A DNA stretch of 64,000 bases from Desulfuromonadales bacterium (GTDB taxonomy: Bacteria; Desulfobacterota; JAENJC01): positions 3,436 through 67,435 of the forward strand of contig CAKKSC010000022.1 of NCBI GenBank assembly GCA_919902985.1, in the 5' to 3' direction. The position numbers and the translations under genes are program-made. The stretch's first letter is position 1; each line of letters opens with the position of its first letter. Positions 37,680-48,303 of this stretch are shown one piece after another. The notes beneath the pieces were generated by a model that saw only the letters and a list, made by a program, of their open reading frames with translations, was not told where the DNA came from and did no database searches.

Positions 37680-40091
37680 GTGGAAGAAAAGGAAACAGAA
37701 GCTGAAGAGTTAAAAATACCTGACACATTGCCGCTTCTTCCAGTCAGGGATATAGTGGTGTTCCCGTACATGATACTCCCTCTCTTCATAGGGAGGGAGA
37801 TGTCCATAAAGGCGGTAGATGATGCCCTTGCTAAGGACCGGCTGATTCTCCTTGTTGCCCAAAAGGATATAAGCGACGAGGACCCCAAGCCGGAAGGAAT
37901 CCATAAAGTCGGGACTGTGGCAATGATAATGAGGATGCTGAAGCTGCCCGACGGAAGGGTAAAAATCCTGGTGCAAGGTCTGACCAAGGCTGCAATAGAT
38001 GAATACGTCCAGTTGAGCCCCACGTATCTTGTTAAGCTGACCAAGATGAAAGAGCCGCCAATCCCGGAGATCTCTCTGGAAACCGAGGCCCTGATGAGGG
38101 CAGTCAAGGAGCAGGTTGGGAAGATAATATCAATGGGGAAGGTACTTTCCCCTGACGTTATCCTGATCCTGGACAGTATAAACGACCCAGGCAGGCTGGC
38201 AGACCTTGTAGCCTCCAACCTTGGGTTGAAGATAGAGGAATCCCAGCAGATCCTTGAGATCGTTGATCCCCTTGAACGCCTTAACAAGATAAATGAGTTT
38301 TTGAACAGGGAGGTCCAACTCCTTACAATGCAGGTCAAGATCCAGTCCCAGGCAAGAGAGGAGATGACTAAGACCCAGAGGGAGTACTATCTCAGGGAGC
38401 AGCTAAGGGCTATCCAGTCTGAACTGGGCGAGATTGATGAAAAGGCCGAGGAAATCACTGACCTCAAGGAGAAGATAAAGGCCGCGAAGATGCCTGAAGA
38501 GGTCGAAAAGGAGTCTAACAAGCAGCTAAAGAGGCTTGAACAGATGCATCCAGATGCTGCTGAATCGGGTGTGATAAGGACATATATAGAATGGCTTACG
38601 GAGCTCCCGTGGAGCGTAGCGACCCAGGACAACCTTGACCTGAAGGCCGCCCAATCGGTGCTGGATGAGGACCACTATGACCTTGAGAAGGTAAAGGAGA
38701 GGATAGTCGAATACCTTGGAGTCAGAAAACTTAAGGAAAAGATGAAGGGGCCGATCCTCTGCTTTGTGGGTCCTCCCGGCGTCGGGAAGACATCTTTGGG
38801 AAAATCTATTGCAAGGGCGCTGGGAAGGAAATTTTTAAGAGTATCACTTGGCGGTATGAGGGACGAGGCGGAGATAAGGGGGCATAGAAGGACATACGTA
38901 GGGGCCCTTCCCGGAAGGATAATCCAGGGGATAAAGCAGGCCGGCACCAATAATCCGATATTCATGCTGGATGAGATAGACAAGGTAGGGACTGACTGGA
39001 GAGGAGACCCATCATCAGCCCTTCTGGAGGTGCTGGATCCGGAGCAGAACTTTGCCTTCAGCGACCACTATCTTAACCTGCCTTTTGACCTCTCCAATGT
39101 GATGTTTATTACGACAGCAAACCTGCTGGATCCTATCCCTCCTGCTCTTAGGGACAGAATGGAGGTAATATCTCTTTCCGGTTATACCGAGGAGGAGAAG
39201 GTAAAGATAGCAAAAAAGTACCTCATCCCGAGACAGGTGGAGGAAAACGGTCTGAAGGCTGAGAATATAGACATTACAGACGAAGGACTCAGGATGATCA
39301 TTTCCCACTATACAAGGGAAGCAGGACTCAGGAATCTCGAAAGAGAGATTGCCGGCGTATGCCGCAAGGTGGCAAGGAGGATAGCCGAGGGGCAGAAAGA
39401 CGTTACTAAGATCACTGCAGCCAATATTCACCGCTTTCTTGGGGTGCCCAAGATACTGCCTGAGGCAGAGCAGGAGAAGAGTGAGGTCGGAGTTGCCACA
39501 GGTCTTGCCTGGACCGAGGCAGGAGGCGAGATCCTTTATATAGAGACTTCCATACTCAAGGGAAAGGGAAGCCTTATCCTTACCGGACATCTGGGAGATG
39601 TGATGAAGGAATCGGCTCAGGCTGCACTCAGTTATGCCAGGTCGAAGGCCATGGATTTCGATATCCCTGAAGACTTCTATGAAAAGAACGATATCCATAT
39701 ACACGTTCCTGCCGGCGCTATTCCAAAAGACGGGCCTTCGGCAGGGGTCACAATGGCCACATCTCTTATTTCCGCATTGACAAAGATACCTGTCAGCAAG
39801 GATGTGGCGATGACTGGAGAGATAACCTTGAGGGGAAGGGTTCTCCCTATCGGAGGGTTGAAGGAAAAGGCCCTGGCTGCACTGATGGCTGGGATAAAGA
39901 CCGTAATAATCCCCAGCAGGAACAAGAAGGACCTTGAGGATATTCCAAAGGAGCTGCGGAAGAAGATAACCTTCATTTTTGCCGACCATATAGATGAAAT
40001 ACTTAAAGTTGCCTTGGTGAAGAAGAAGGATGCCAGTAAGAAGCCGAATAGGCGTCCGGTAAAGACTGTCGGCAGGCGGTCAAGAGCATAA
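37680..40091 (+). CDS. lon: ATP-dependent protease La
   Basis: [25 protein letters not shown]. Confidence 0.98.
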   Translation: MEEKETEAEELKIPDTLPLLPVRDIVVFPYMILPLFIGREMSIKAVDDALAKDRLILLVAQKDISDEDPKPEGIHKVGTVAMIMRMLKLPDGRVKILVQGLTKAAIDEYVQLSPTYLVKLTKMKEPPIPEISLETEALMRAVKEQVGKIISMGKVLSPDVILILDSINDPGRLADLVASNLGLKIEESQQILEIVDPLERLNKINEFLNREVQLLTMQVKIQSQAREEMTKTQREYYLREQLRAIQSELGEIDEKAEEITDLKEKIKAAKMPEEVEKESNKQLKRLEQMHPDAAESGVIRTYIEWLTELPWSVATQDNLDLKAAQSVLDEDHYDLEKVKERIVEYLGVRKLKEKMKGPILCFVGPPGVGKTSLGKSIARALGRKFLRVSLGGMRDEAEIRGHRRTYVGALPGRIIQGIKQAGTNNPIFMLDEIDKVGTDWRGDPSSALLEVLDPEQNFAFSDHYLNLPFDLSNVMFITTANLLDPIPPALRDRMEVISLSGYTEEEKVKIAKKYLIPRQVEENGLKAENIDITDEGLRMIISHYTREAGLRNLEREIAGVCRKVARRIAEGQKDVTKITAANIHRFLGVPKILPEAEQEKSEVGVATGLAWTEAGGEILYIETSILKGKGSLILTGHLGDVMKESAQAALSYARSKAMDFDIPEDFYEKNDIHIHVPAGAIPKDGPSAGVTMATSLISALTKIPVSKDVAMTGEITLRGRVLPIGGLKEKALAALMAGIKTVIIPSRNKKDLEDIPKELRKKITFIFADHIDEILKVALVKKKDASKKPNRRPVKTVGRRSRA

Positions 40092-40097
40092 AAGTGA

Positions 40098-40175
40098 AGG
40101 CGAAGAGGTAAAAGATAAAAGATAAAAGATAAAAGATTTTAAACCTTTCGCCTTTTGCCTTTAACCTTTTAACCT
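40098..40175. repeat. Heptamer-repeat inverted array (AAGATAA/AGGTAA versus ACCTTT)
   Basis: AGGTAAAAGATAAAAGATAAAAGATAAAAGAT ... ACCTTTCGCCTTTTGCCTTTAACCTTTTAACCT. Confidence 0.65.
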
Positions 40176-40195
40176 GTTATTCAAGGAGAAACCAT

Positions 40196-43100
40196 CTGTT
40201 AACGGAACTAAAAAAGGGCGGCCTTCAGAGAAAGATGTTTATTCTGATGCTGACGGTAGGTATCCTTCCCGGGCTTGTTGGTATAGCCTTTATATCTTTG
40301 ATGGGTGAAAAGCTCATGCTGCAGTCTATAGGCCCTGGGTTGGTAGGGACTGCGGAAAAGGCGGCATCTGAAGTTGATACAATTTTGGGCCTTCGTAACA
40401 GGGAGGCCGGCGAGCTCGGTAAAAATAAAGCACTTCTGGAGCTTATCAGGAATAATAAAGACAGGTATAATTCGAAGAATGAAAATAAGATACTGGAAGA
40501 GCTTGAGGCGCTCTGGAAATCTGCTGACCCTGCCCTCCTCAAGGCTACCCTTGAAAATGAGGCTTCCTTAATCCTTAGAGGGAGAGTCGACAAAGAGCCT
40601 GATACATTTTGCCACTTTATAGTTACTGATTCAAAAGGAGGTCTTATAGCAGCCTCCCATCCTGTCCCCAACTTTTCTTATTCAGGGGAGGTTTGGTGGA
40701 AAGAGGCTATGGGGGGAGGATCATATTTGAAGCCCCCCCACATGTGTTCTGCAGGCAGAGGAAATTACAACTTGTTTTTTGCCGTGCCAATAATGGAATC
40801 CGAAGGCAAAGAGCCTCTTGGCGTGTTGAAAGTGGAGTTCCAGGTGGGCAAGATCCTTGCCCCATTGAAAAACTTCCGGTATGGTAAAACCGGGCACTTA
40901 CAGATTATTGACTCATCAGGTCTTGTGTTTGCGGAGGCGCTTGGCGTTGAGAATGCCTCTTTCCCCCAATCACTTCTAAAGACTATAAATCAGACAAAGA
41001 CGGGATGGACTATCTCAGTCGATGAGCATGGCGTGAAGTCGGCAATAGCCTTTGCCCCTATAAAGGCACAGGATTGGGACGTTATCCTTACTCAGAATAT
41101 GGAGGAAATATACGCACCTCTGAAGACCCTCGCATGGGGAACAGCCGTCCCCGGTTTATTCACCGTTATACTACTGGCTCTGATTTGGTTTAACATCTCA
41201 AAAAGAATGATTATTAAACCTATCTCACATCTGAGTGAAGGGGCCCACCTTATAGGTCACGGTTACCTGGATTACAGACTCAACATAAAGACAGGAGATG
41301 AGCTTGAAAGCCTTGCTAATGAATTCAATACCATGGCGGGAAATCTCAGCGCATCCCAGGAAAAGCTTAAGATGTGGAATGAGGAGCTTAGGGAAGAAGT
41401 AATGAGGCGGACGGCCGAGCTGGAAGAGGCAAATGAGGAATTAAAGGAAAGCAAAGAGGATATGGAAGACTCCCTCCAGCAGGTGATGGGCTTAAATGAG
41501 GAACTCAAGGACAGCAGAGTGGAGCTGAATAAGAAAAATGCTGACCTTGGCAGCGCCAACCTCAAACTGAGAGAGATGGACAAGCTAAAATCGGAGTTCC
41601 TTGCCAATATGTCCCACGAGCTAAGAACACCTCTTACGGCAATCATTGGGTTCTCTGAGCTTCTGGTAGACGGGGTAATGGGGGACATGAACGAGGAACA
41701 GGCCGGTTGTGTGGGAGACATACTAACCAGCGGTCAGCACCTGCTTAAGCTGATTAACGATATATTGGACCTCTCAAAGATAGAGGCAGGGAAGATGGAG
41801 CTGCACCACGAGACATTTGACCTGGGAGCGACGATATCGTTCATCAGAAAAACGACGGCGGCCCTGATTGAAGAGAAAAAGCAGATATTAAAGATCGAAG
41901 TGTCCGAAGGAATCCCAGATATCTATGCCGACAAGGGGAAGATAAAACAACTCTTACTCAACCTGGTAGGGAATGCCATAAAATTTACACCGGAAGGAGG
42001 GACTATTACTATAGGTGCGGAGTTCAAGGATAGCTATTTTGTGCTTTCAGTATCGGACACAGGGATAGGAATAAAACCGGAAGACAGGGAGAGGATATTC
42101 CAGGAGTTTCAGCAGGGAGAAGGTTCCATATCCAGGGAGTATGAAGGCACTGGCCTTGGTCTCACCTTGACCAGGAAGTTTGCAGAGATGCACGGCGGTA
42201 TCCTGGAGCTGGAAAGCGAGGTGGGAAAAGGGAGCAGGTTCACGGCTTATATCCCGGTTATGCTTGAAAAAAGGTCTTCATTGAGAAAAGAGGAGATTAG
42301 TCCGGTGGAGGAATCCAGGGAAACCAAAGAGATGACAAAACCTTCAGCAGGGCAGGAGACTCAGCCCCTTATCCTTGTGGTGGAAGACGACCCGAAGCTG
42401 TCCAAACTTCTCTCTGTTTATCTGACTCAGTCTGGATACAGAGTAGAAGCTGCAACGGATGGCGATGAGGCGATAAAAAAGGCCGCTATACTCCAGCCGT
42501 TCGCCATCACCCTTGACATCATGCTCCCTAAAAAGGATGGATGGGAGGTCATACAGGAGTTAAAGGCAATTCCTGAGACAAGAGATATACCAGTGATCAT
42601 AGTTTCCATGGTGGAAAATCAGGACCTCGGTTTCTCTCTTGGTGCGCTTGATTATCTTGTAAAACCAGTTACCAGGGAGGCCCTTCTTGGAAGTCTCGAG
42701 AGATACAACGATAAGACAAGGTTCACAAAGGGGGCTATAAATATTCTGGTTGTGGATGATGACCCGAAGATATTGGAATTCCTTTCTACCATCCTGACGA
42801 GGGATGGTTACCATGTAAAATCGGCTTCAGGGGGGGAGGAAGGGCTTCGAATGGCCATTGAACAGTTGCCCGACCTTATCATCCTTGATCTGATGATGCC
42901 AAAGGTCAGTGGGCTTGATGTCGTAAGAGAGCTTAAGAAGCATCCTGACGCCAAAGAGATACCGGTCCTTGTCCTCACTGCAAAAGACCTGACAAAGGAG
43001 GAGAAGGACACCCTCCTGGCGGATGTCGCAAAGGTTGTCCAGAAGGGAGAGCTGTCTAAGGAAGATCTAATAGATGAGATACGGAGGATCGAGGTACTCC

Positions 43101-43621
43101 ATCCTGGCAGGGCTGGGCTGTTCGACCATGTAACTGGATTGCTTAACCGCAGATACTTCATAAGCCGGCTGTCTCACGAGATCAACAGGTCTCACAGGTA
43201 CGGCAGGGACCTTTCCATATCGCTCATAGACGTAGACCATTTTGGGCACTACAACGAGGTAAACGGCTATTTGCTTGGCGATACGCTGCTTAAGGATATT
43301 GCCATGCTCCTCAATAAAAACCTGAGAAAGGCCGACATTGCCATGCGCTACACCGGAGGAAAATTTGCTGTTATATTCCCTGAAACTGGGAAGAATGCCG
43401 CAATGGCGGTTGCCGGTAAACTCTGCACCCTTATAGAGGTGTATCCATTCCCAAAGAGGGAGAATCAGCCTCTTGGAAGAGTGACGATAAGCATATCCCT
43501 TGCGACATATCCAGCCGACGGTATTGAAACCGGAGAGTTGATAAAAAGGCTGGAAAACGCCATAGAAAAGACGGTAAAAGTGGGTGGGAACAGGGCTATG
43601 GATGTGGGAGAGGCACTATGA
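40196..43621 (+). CDS. Hybrid sensor kinase: Cache-HAMP-HisKA-HATPase-REC-REC-degenerate GGDEF (start CTG 40196 or ATG 40235)
   Basis: FLANMSHELRTPL, GTGLGL, two receiver domains, C-terminal DHVTGLLNRR...RKADIAMRYTGGKF. Confidence 0.92.
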   Translation: MLTELKKGGLQRKMFILMLTVGILPGLVGIAFISLMGEKLMLQSIGPGLVGTAEKAASEVDTILGLRNREAGELGKNKALLELIRNNKDRYNSKNENKILEELEALWKSADPALLKATLENEASLILRGRVDKEPDTFCHFIVTDSKGGLIAASHPVPNFSYSGEVWWKEAMGGGSYLKPPHMCSAGRGNYNLFFAVPIMESEGKEPLGVLKVEFQVGKILAPLKNFRYGKTGHLQIIDSSGLVFAEALGVENASFPQSLLKTINQTKTGWTISVDEHGVKSAIAFAPIKAQDWDVILTQNMEEIYAPLKTLAWGTAVPGLFTVILLALIWFNISKRMIIKPISHLSEGAHLIGHGYLDYRLNIKTGDELESLANEFNTMAGNLSASQEKLKMWNEELREEVMRRTAELEEANEELKESKEDMEDSLQQVMGLNEELKDSRVELNKKNADLGSANLKLREMDKLKSEFLANMSHELRTPLTAIIGFSELLVDGVMGDMNEEQAGCVGDILTSGQHLLKLINDILDLSKIEAGKMELHHETFDLGATISFIRKTTAALIEEKKQILKIEVSEGIPDIYADKGKIKQLLLNLVGNAIKFTPEGGTITIGAEFKDSYFVLSVSDTGIGIKPEDRERIFQEFQQGEGSISREYEGTGLGLTLTRKFAEMHGGILELESEVGKGSRFTAYIPVMLEKRSSLRKEEISPVEESRETKEMTKPSAGQETQPLILVVEDDPKLSKLLSVYLTQSGYRVEAATDGDEAIKKAAILQPFAITLDIMLPKKDGWEVIQELKAIPETRDIPVIIVSMVENQDLGFSLGALDYLVKPVTREALLGSLERYNDKTRFTKGAINILVVDDDPKILEFLSTILTRDGYHVKSASGGEEGLRMAIEQLPDLIILDLMMPKVSGLDVVRELKKHPDAKEIPVLVLTAKDLTKEEKDTLLADVAKVVQKGELSKEDLIDEIRRIEVLHPGRAGLFDHVTGLLNRRYFISRLSHEINRSHRYGRDLSISLIDVDHFGHYNEVNGYLLGDTLLKDIAMLLNKNLRKADIAMRYTGGKFAVIFPETGKNAAMAVAGKLCTLIEVYPFPKRENQPLGRVTISISLATYPADGIETGELIKRLENAIEKTVKVGGNRAMDVGEAL

Positions 43622-44010
43622 ACAAGATCCTTATTGTCGAGGACAACGAGATGAACCTGAAGCTTATCAGGACCGTGCTGAAGGCAAAAGGATTTCTGTT
43701 AGCGGAGGCCAGGGACGGAGAAGAGGCCCTGAAAATGGCAGTCGCTGAGAGGCCGGACATAATCCTTATTGACATCCAGATCCCAAAGATAGACGGTCTT
43801 GAAGTAACCAGAAGGATTAGGGCAATAGATGACCTTAAAGATAGACAGATAATAGCTATTACAGCCCATGCTATGGAGGGAGACAGGAATAAGATCCTTG
43901 AGGCGGGGTGTGATGGCTACATAGCAAAACCAATAAACACAAGAACCTTCATTGACGAGATTGAAGCGATCTTAAAACAGAAGGATGAAAGGCTGAAGGA
44001 TGAGGGCTGA
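43618..44010 (+). CDS. Single-domain response regulator (DivK-like)
   Basis: ILIVEDN, DIILIDIQIP, TAHAM, GCDGYIAKP. Confidence 0.92.
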   Translation: MNKILIVEDNEMNLKLIRTVLKAKGFLLAEARDGEEALKMAVAERPDIILIDIQIPKIDGLEVTRRIRAIDDLKDRQIIAITAHAMEGDRNKILEAGCDGYIAKPINTRTFIDEIEAILKQKDERLKDEG

Positions 44011-45079
44011 AGGCATCCCACATCCCCCGTCCTTACGGGACATCGGCGAATTCGGCCTGATTAAGAGGATTGCACGGAAGGCAAAGAGAAAAGATACATC
44101 CGTCCTTATTGGGATCGGTGATGACGCGGCGGTGCTTACCCCCCCCATCTCCCCCTTATTAAGGGGGGGCGAAGGGGGGGTGGCGCCCCTACTGGTAACA
44201 ACAGATTCGCTCATAGAGGATGTGCATTTCAGACGGGATTATCAGCCGGAAGCCATAGGATGGAAGGCCCTGGCAGTAAATATAAGCGATATTGCCGCAA
44301 TGGGGGGAGTCCCAGAGCATTACCTCCTTTCGCTTGGGGTCCCGGAAGGGATATCAATCGAGTATATAGACCGTTTTGTTAGGGGTATGACTGAAGCAGC
44401 TGAGGAATATGGGCTCTCCATGATCGGGGGGGACACCACCTCATCTCCTGACAAGTTTTATATATCCGTTACCGTATTGGGGAAGGGAAGCGAGACCCTC
44501 TTACTAAGGAAAGGTGCAAGGGCTGGAGATGTTATATTTGTCACAGGGACGTTAGGGGATTCGGCGCTGGGGCTTAAGATATTAGAAGATAAGAAGGTAA
44601 GCATTTGGGAAGATGAACGTTTCTCAACCGCTCAACCTCTCAACCGCTCAACCTCTCAACTCATAAACCGCCATCTCAGGCCCACTCCAAGGGTCAAGGA
44701 AGGCATACAACTGGCAAAGACCGGCATGGTTACATCTATGATAGATATAAGCGACGGACTCCTGTGTGACCTTGGGCATATATGCGAAGAGAGCAGGGTG
44801 GGGGCCAGGGTACGGATAGACGAGCTTCCACTGTCACAGGGATTCAATACCTTCTCGGCCAAATATGGCGGAATAGAGCTTGCCTTGAGCGGTGGTGAGG
44901 ATTACGAACTTTTGTTTACAGTGCGAAGCAAAGATGTTAAAAGCTTCATGAGTATGACCGAAGGGACAAAATATACGCCCATAGGCGAGGTCATGAAGGA
45001 CAGGGTAATTGAGGTAATTGGAGCCGATGGCAGCAGGTATCTTCCCAAAAGTAGCGGATACGAGCACTTCAGAAGGTAA
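44000..45079 (+). CDS. thiL: Thiamine-monophosphate kinase with three repeat-derived segments
   Basis: GEFGLI, GIGDDAA, NISDIAAMG, IDISDGL, GGEDYEL. Confidence 0.95.
   Translation: MRAEGIPHPPSLRDIGEFGLIKRIARKAKRKDTSVLIGIGDDAAVLTPPISPLLRGGEGGVAPLLVTTDSLIEDVHFRRDYQPEAIGWKALAVNISDIAAMGGVPEHYLLSLGVPEGISIEYIDRFVRGMTEAAEEYGLSMIGGDTTSSPDKFYISVTVLGKGSETLLLRKGARAGDVIFVTGTLGDSALGLKILEDKKVSIWEDERFSTAQPLNRSTSQLINRHLRPTPRVKEGIQLAKTGMVTSMIDISDGLLCDLGHICEESRVGARVRIDELPLSQGFNTFSAKYGGIELALSGGEDYELLFTVRSKDVKSFMSMTEGTKYTPIGEVMKDRVIEVIGADGSRYLPKSSGYEHFRR
44138..44181. repeat. Poly-C/poly-G palindromic element in frame in thiL
   Basis: ACCCCCCCCATCTCCCCCTTATTAAGGGGGGGCGAAGGGGGGGT encodes TPPISPLLRGGEGGV. Confidence 0.88.
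44623..44662. repeat. Five tandem CTCAACC(G/T) octamers in frame in thiL
   Basis: CTCAACCG CTCAACCT CTCAACCG CTCAACCT CTCAACTC encodes STAQPLNRSTSQL. Confidence 0.85.
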
Positions 45080-45965
45080 AGAGAGACTGCCGGCTATCTC
45101 TGACCTGGTTAGAGAGAGGCATGGGGCCTTGCTCCAGAGGGACACAGCGGCCATCCATTACTCGGAAGCCACCTTTAAGGCAATAAGGGATATCCTCTTT
45201 GAAAGAGAAGGGTTTGATTTAGATTCGTATAAAGACAAATGCATCCAGAGGAGGATATCATTCAGGATAAGGACATCAGGATGCAAGAACACTGAAGAGT
45301 ATATTGAACTCCTCAATAAGAAGGAAGAGGAGGTAAAGAAGCTTCTTAACGCCTTAACTATTAATGTAACGGAGTTTTTCAGGAACCAATCCACCTTTGA
45401 CAAGCTGAAAGATATCGTATTTCCTGACATATTTGCAGCAAATGGAGGGGGTAGAACGGTAAGGATATGGAGCGCCGGGTGCGCCAGCGGGGAAGAGCCT
45501 TATACCATTGCCATCATCCTGAAAGAGTTTTTCCCTGAAGAGTTAAAAAGATTCAACATAGAAATAACGGCAACCGATGTAGATGAAGGGGTTCTGAAAA
45601 AGGCCGCTGAAGGTCATTATCAAAGGGACAAGCTGGTCGGCATGGTTCCCGAGCTGAGGGTCAGGTTTTTTAAGGAAGATGGCGATAAGTACGGGCTTTC
45701 CAACGAGATAAAAAAAATGGTAACTTTCAGGAAAGAGGATATATTTCAGGAAAGACTGAACAGGGACAAAGACCTTATCATCTGCAGGAACCTGCTGATA
45801 TATTTTTCCAGAGAGAAACAGGAGTGGGTACTGAATGAATTCTGGAAAACCCTCAACCCCGGCGGATTTCTTATCCTTGGCAGGGCAGAGATACTGGTAG
45901 GAGAGAGCAGAAAACTGTTTTCAACCATATGCCCGAGAGAAAGGATATATAGAAAATCGTTTTGA
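45027..45965 (+). CDS. cheR: Chemotaxis methyltransferase CheR (start uncertain)
   Basis: LTINVTEFFRN, WSAGCASGEEPYTIA, ICRNLLIYF. Confidence 0.92.
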   Translation: MAAGIFPKVADTSTSEGKERLPAISDLVRERHGALLQRDTAAIHYSEATFKAIRDILFEREGFDLDSYKDKCIQRRISFRIRTSGCKNTEEYIELLNKKEEEVKKLLNALTINVTEFFRNQSTFDKLKDIVFPDIFAANGGGRTVRIWSAGCASGEEPYTIAIILKEFFPEELKRFNIEITATDVDEGVLKKAAEGHYQRDKLVGMVPELRVRFFKEDGDKYGLSNEIKKMVTFRKEDIFQERLNRDKDLIICRNLLIYFSREKQEWVLNEFWKTLNPGGFLILGRAEILVGESRKLFSTICPRERIYRKSF

Positions 45966-45970
45966 AACTA

Positions 45971-46003
45971 TTGTAGAGACGCCCAGCCGGGGCGTCTCTA
46001 CAA
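45971..46003. repeat. REP-like palindrome (GTAGAGACG family)
   Basis: TTGTAGAGACGCCC-AGCCG-GGGCGTCTCTACAA. Confidence 0.8.
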
Positions 46004-46021
46004 TAATAAAGGAGGTTCATT

Positions 46022-47278
46022 ATGAGAGTGGAACTTGGTCAAAAGTTTATTATCGGATTCATACTGGTAATAGGGGCTGTGGTGATGGTCCCTTACCTGA
46101 TCGGCTTTCTCCAGATGGAGGGCTGGATAAACCAGCTTATTTCTACTTTGGCAGCCATTATTGTGGGGCTCACGATAGGAATATTCATGGCAAGGAGCTT
46201 TAGCAAGGACTTCAGGGAGATTACTTACTCCGCAGAGATGATAAGCAAGGGGGACCTGACTCATAAGATTCCCCCTTACAGTAAGGTGTTTCCGGATGAA
46301 ACTGCAGACATTGCTGACGCTATAAACAGGATGCTCTCAAACCTGCAGGATCTGGTCAGGCACATAAAAGAGGTGTCGGACAGGGTCTCTGAGGCAGCTC
46401 AGGGACTTTCTGCGACTGCCGAAGAGATGAACGCATCTACCGAGGAGATCGGTTCTACCATGGAGCATGTCTCAAAGGGGGCCGAGCAGCAGGTCGAGCT
46501 GGCGGAAAAGACATCAAGGCTTATAAAGGAGATGGCATCGTCCATAGAGCTTATAGCTATAAGCGCAAAAGATGCTGCGGATTCGGCGACTTCAACCAGC
46601 CATACAGCAGAAAATGGCGGGAATATGGCACGGGCTGCCATGGAAAAAATGAGAAAGGTGTTTGACAGTATAGATGATTCCAGGGTGTCCGTCATGAACC
46701 TCGGCGACAAGGTAGGTCAGATCGGGAAGATTGCCGATGTTATAACGAGGATCGCCCAACAGACCAACCTGTTGGCCCTGAACGCAACCATCGAAGCAGC
46801 CAGGGCCGGTGAATATGGAAGGGGATTTGCTGTGGTTGCAGAGGAGGTGCGCAAGCTTGCGGAGAGCACGGCCAACTCTGCTGAGGAGATCACTACTATC
46901 ATCGAGGAAGTAGAAAAGGAAAGCGGGAAGACACTGGGGTCTATGAAGGAAAGCACAAGGGAGATAGAGGCAGGGAAAGAGGTCATAAATACTACAACAA
47001 AATCGTTTGAGGATGTAGTAAGGATCGTCATGGAGACAACGATGAAGGTTAAGAAGATATCCGATCTATCCCAGAAAGGGACTGAGGGGGCAGAAAAGAT
47101 GGTCAAGGCCATAGATGAGATAGCAAAAGTGGCGGAAGACAATGCCGCGGCTACAGAGCAGATATCTGCAGCAACTGAGCAACAGACCGCCTCCATGGAG
47201 GAAATGGCAAGGGCAGCCCAGGAGCTGTCCGATACCTCCGAGCAACTGAAAGGCGTTGTATCAAGGTTCAGTGTATAG
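46022..47278 (+). CDS. Methyl-accepting chemotaxis protein without a periplasmic domain (DifA-like)
   Basis: Two adjacent TM helices, [38 protein letters not shown]. Confidence 0.93.
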   Translation: MRVELGQKFIIGFILVIGAVVMVPYLIGFLQMEGWINQLISTLAAIIVGLTIGIFMARSFSKDFREITYSAEMISKGDLTHKIPPYSKVFPDETADIADAINRMLSNLQDLVRHIKEVSDRVSEAAQGLSATAEEMNASTEEIGSTMEHVSKGAEQQVELAEKTSRLIKEMASSIELIAISAKDAADSATSTSHTAENGGNMARAAMEKMRKVFDSIDDSRVSVMNLGDKVGQIGKIADVITRIAQQTNLLALNATIEAARAGEYGRGFAVVAEEVRKLAESTANSAEEITTIIEEVEKESGKTLGSMKESTREIEAGKEVINTTTKSFEDVVRIVMETTMKVKKISDLSQKGTEGAEKMVKAIDEIAKVAEDNAAATEQISAATEQQTASMEEMARAAQELSDTSEQLKGVVSRFSV

Positions 47279-47285
47279 GGGACAT

Positions 47286-47717
47286 ATGCAGCAGGTAATG
47301 ACATTTCAGATTGGGAACGAGTTTTACGGCATTGATGTCGCAAAGGTGAGTGAGATTGTGGAGTTTACTCAACTGACGCCTTTACCCAAGGCCCCTGTAT
47401 GGATAAACGGGATATTGAACCATCATGGACGGATAGCAACCGTATTGAACCTCTCCACTTTTTTCGACTTCATTCCTACCAGTGAGAACAATTTAAGGAG
47501 GATTGCTGTAATAGACAATTCGTTAATGGATATTGGGGTCCTCCTGGAGGGGCATTTAGAAGTTATCTCTGAATGGGAAGCCAAGACAGAGATATCGGCT
47601 GATCCAGAATTTTTGAAAAGCAAATACGTCGCCAACGTACTTGTTTCCAGGGGTAGAGTCGTCAATCTGCTTGATACGGACAGACTCATAACTGACCTGG
47701 ATGGATATTTTGTGTAA
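47286..47717 (+). CDS. cheW: CheW adaptor
   Basis: FQIGNEFYGIDV..V.EI, TPLPKAP, GILNHHG. Confidence 0.85.
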   Translation: MQQVMTFQIGNEFYGIDVAKVSEIVEFTQLTPLPKAPVWINGILNHHGRIATVLNLSTFFDFIPTSENNLRRIAVIDNSLMDIGVLLEGHLEVISEWEAKTEISADPEFLKSKYVANVLVSRGRVVNLLDTDRLITDLDGYFV

Positions 47718-47754
47718 TAAAATTCACATGAGCCATAGGCTCACAAAGGAGCCT

Positions 47755-47886
47755 GAAAATTAACCCACCCTCACTTCAATCCTCTACCCACGTGGCATAA
47801 ATCATTGAGGGAGAGGAAACCTCTCTTATTCCCTCCCCTTCACAAGGGGAGGGTTAGGGTGAGGATGGGGTAAATAGGGGATTTTC
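47755..47886. repeat. Composite palindromic MITE-like element
   Basis: GAAAAT...ATTTTC ends, ACCCACCCTCAC/GTGAGGATGGGGT arms, inner CCCTCCCCTT/AAGGGGAGGG hairpin, nested CTACCCACGTGGCATAAA. Confidence 0.7.
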
Positions 47887-47907
47887 GGAGCAAAATAAGG
47901 AGGGAAT

Positions 47908-48279
47908 ATGTCTTATAAGGTACTTGTAGTTGATGACGCAGCCTTTATGAGGAACATGATCAAGGATGTCTTTGGCTCAATGCCCGGGTTTACAGTGATA
48001 GGGGAGGCTTCCAACGGCATAGAGGCGATAGAGAAATACAAGGAACTGCGGCCTGACCTGGTCACCATGGATATCGTGATGCCGCTCAAGAGCGGAATAG
48101 AAGCGGCCAGAGAGATAACCAACGCGGACCGTGAGGCCAGGATAATAATGTGCAGCGCCCTGGGGCAGGAAAGTCTTGTTATGGAGGCCATTGACGCCGG
48201 AGCCAGTGACTTTATAGTAAAGCCCTTCAAGGCAGAGAAGGTACAGGAAGTTGTAAGCAGGGTTCTTAGGATTAAATAA
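47908..48279 (+). CDS. cheY: CheY response regulator (DifD-like)
   Basis: VVDDAAFMR, DLVTMDIVMP, CSALGQ, FIVKPF. Confidence 0.92.
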   Translation: MSYKVLVVDDAAFMRNMIKDVFGSMPGFTVIGEASNGIEAIEKYKELRPDLVTMDIVMPLKSGIEAAREITNADREARIIMCSALGQESLVMEAIDAGASDFIVKPFKAEKVQEVVSRVLRIK

Positions 48280-48303
48280 GGTGTAGAGGGGTCGTTTTTA
48301 TTT

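Noticed and set aside
37604-39989. Long antisense ORFs (e.g. 39015-39989, 37604-38338) and similar ones opposite larC, cheA and radA
   Set aside because: Shadow frames of well-conserved genes, with no motifs or RBS
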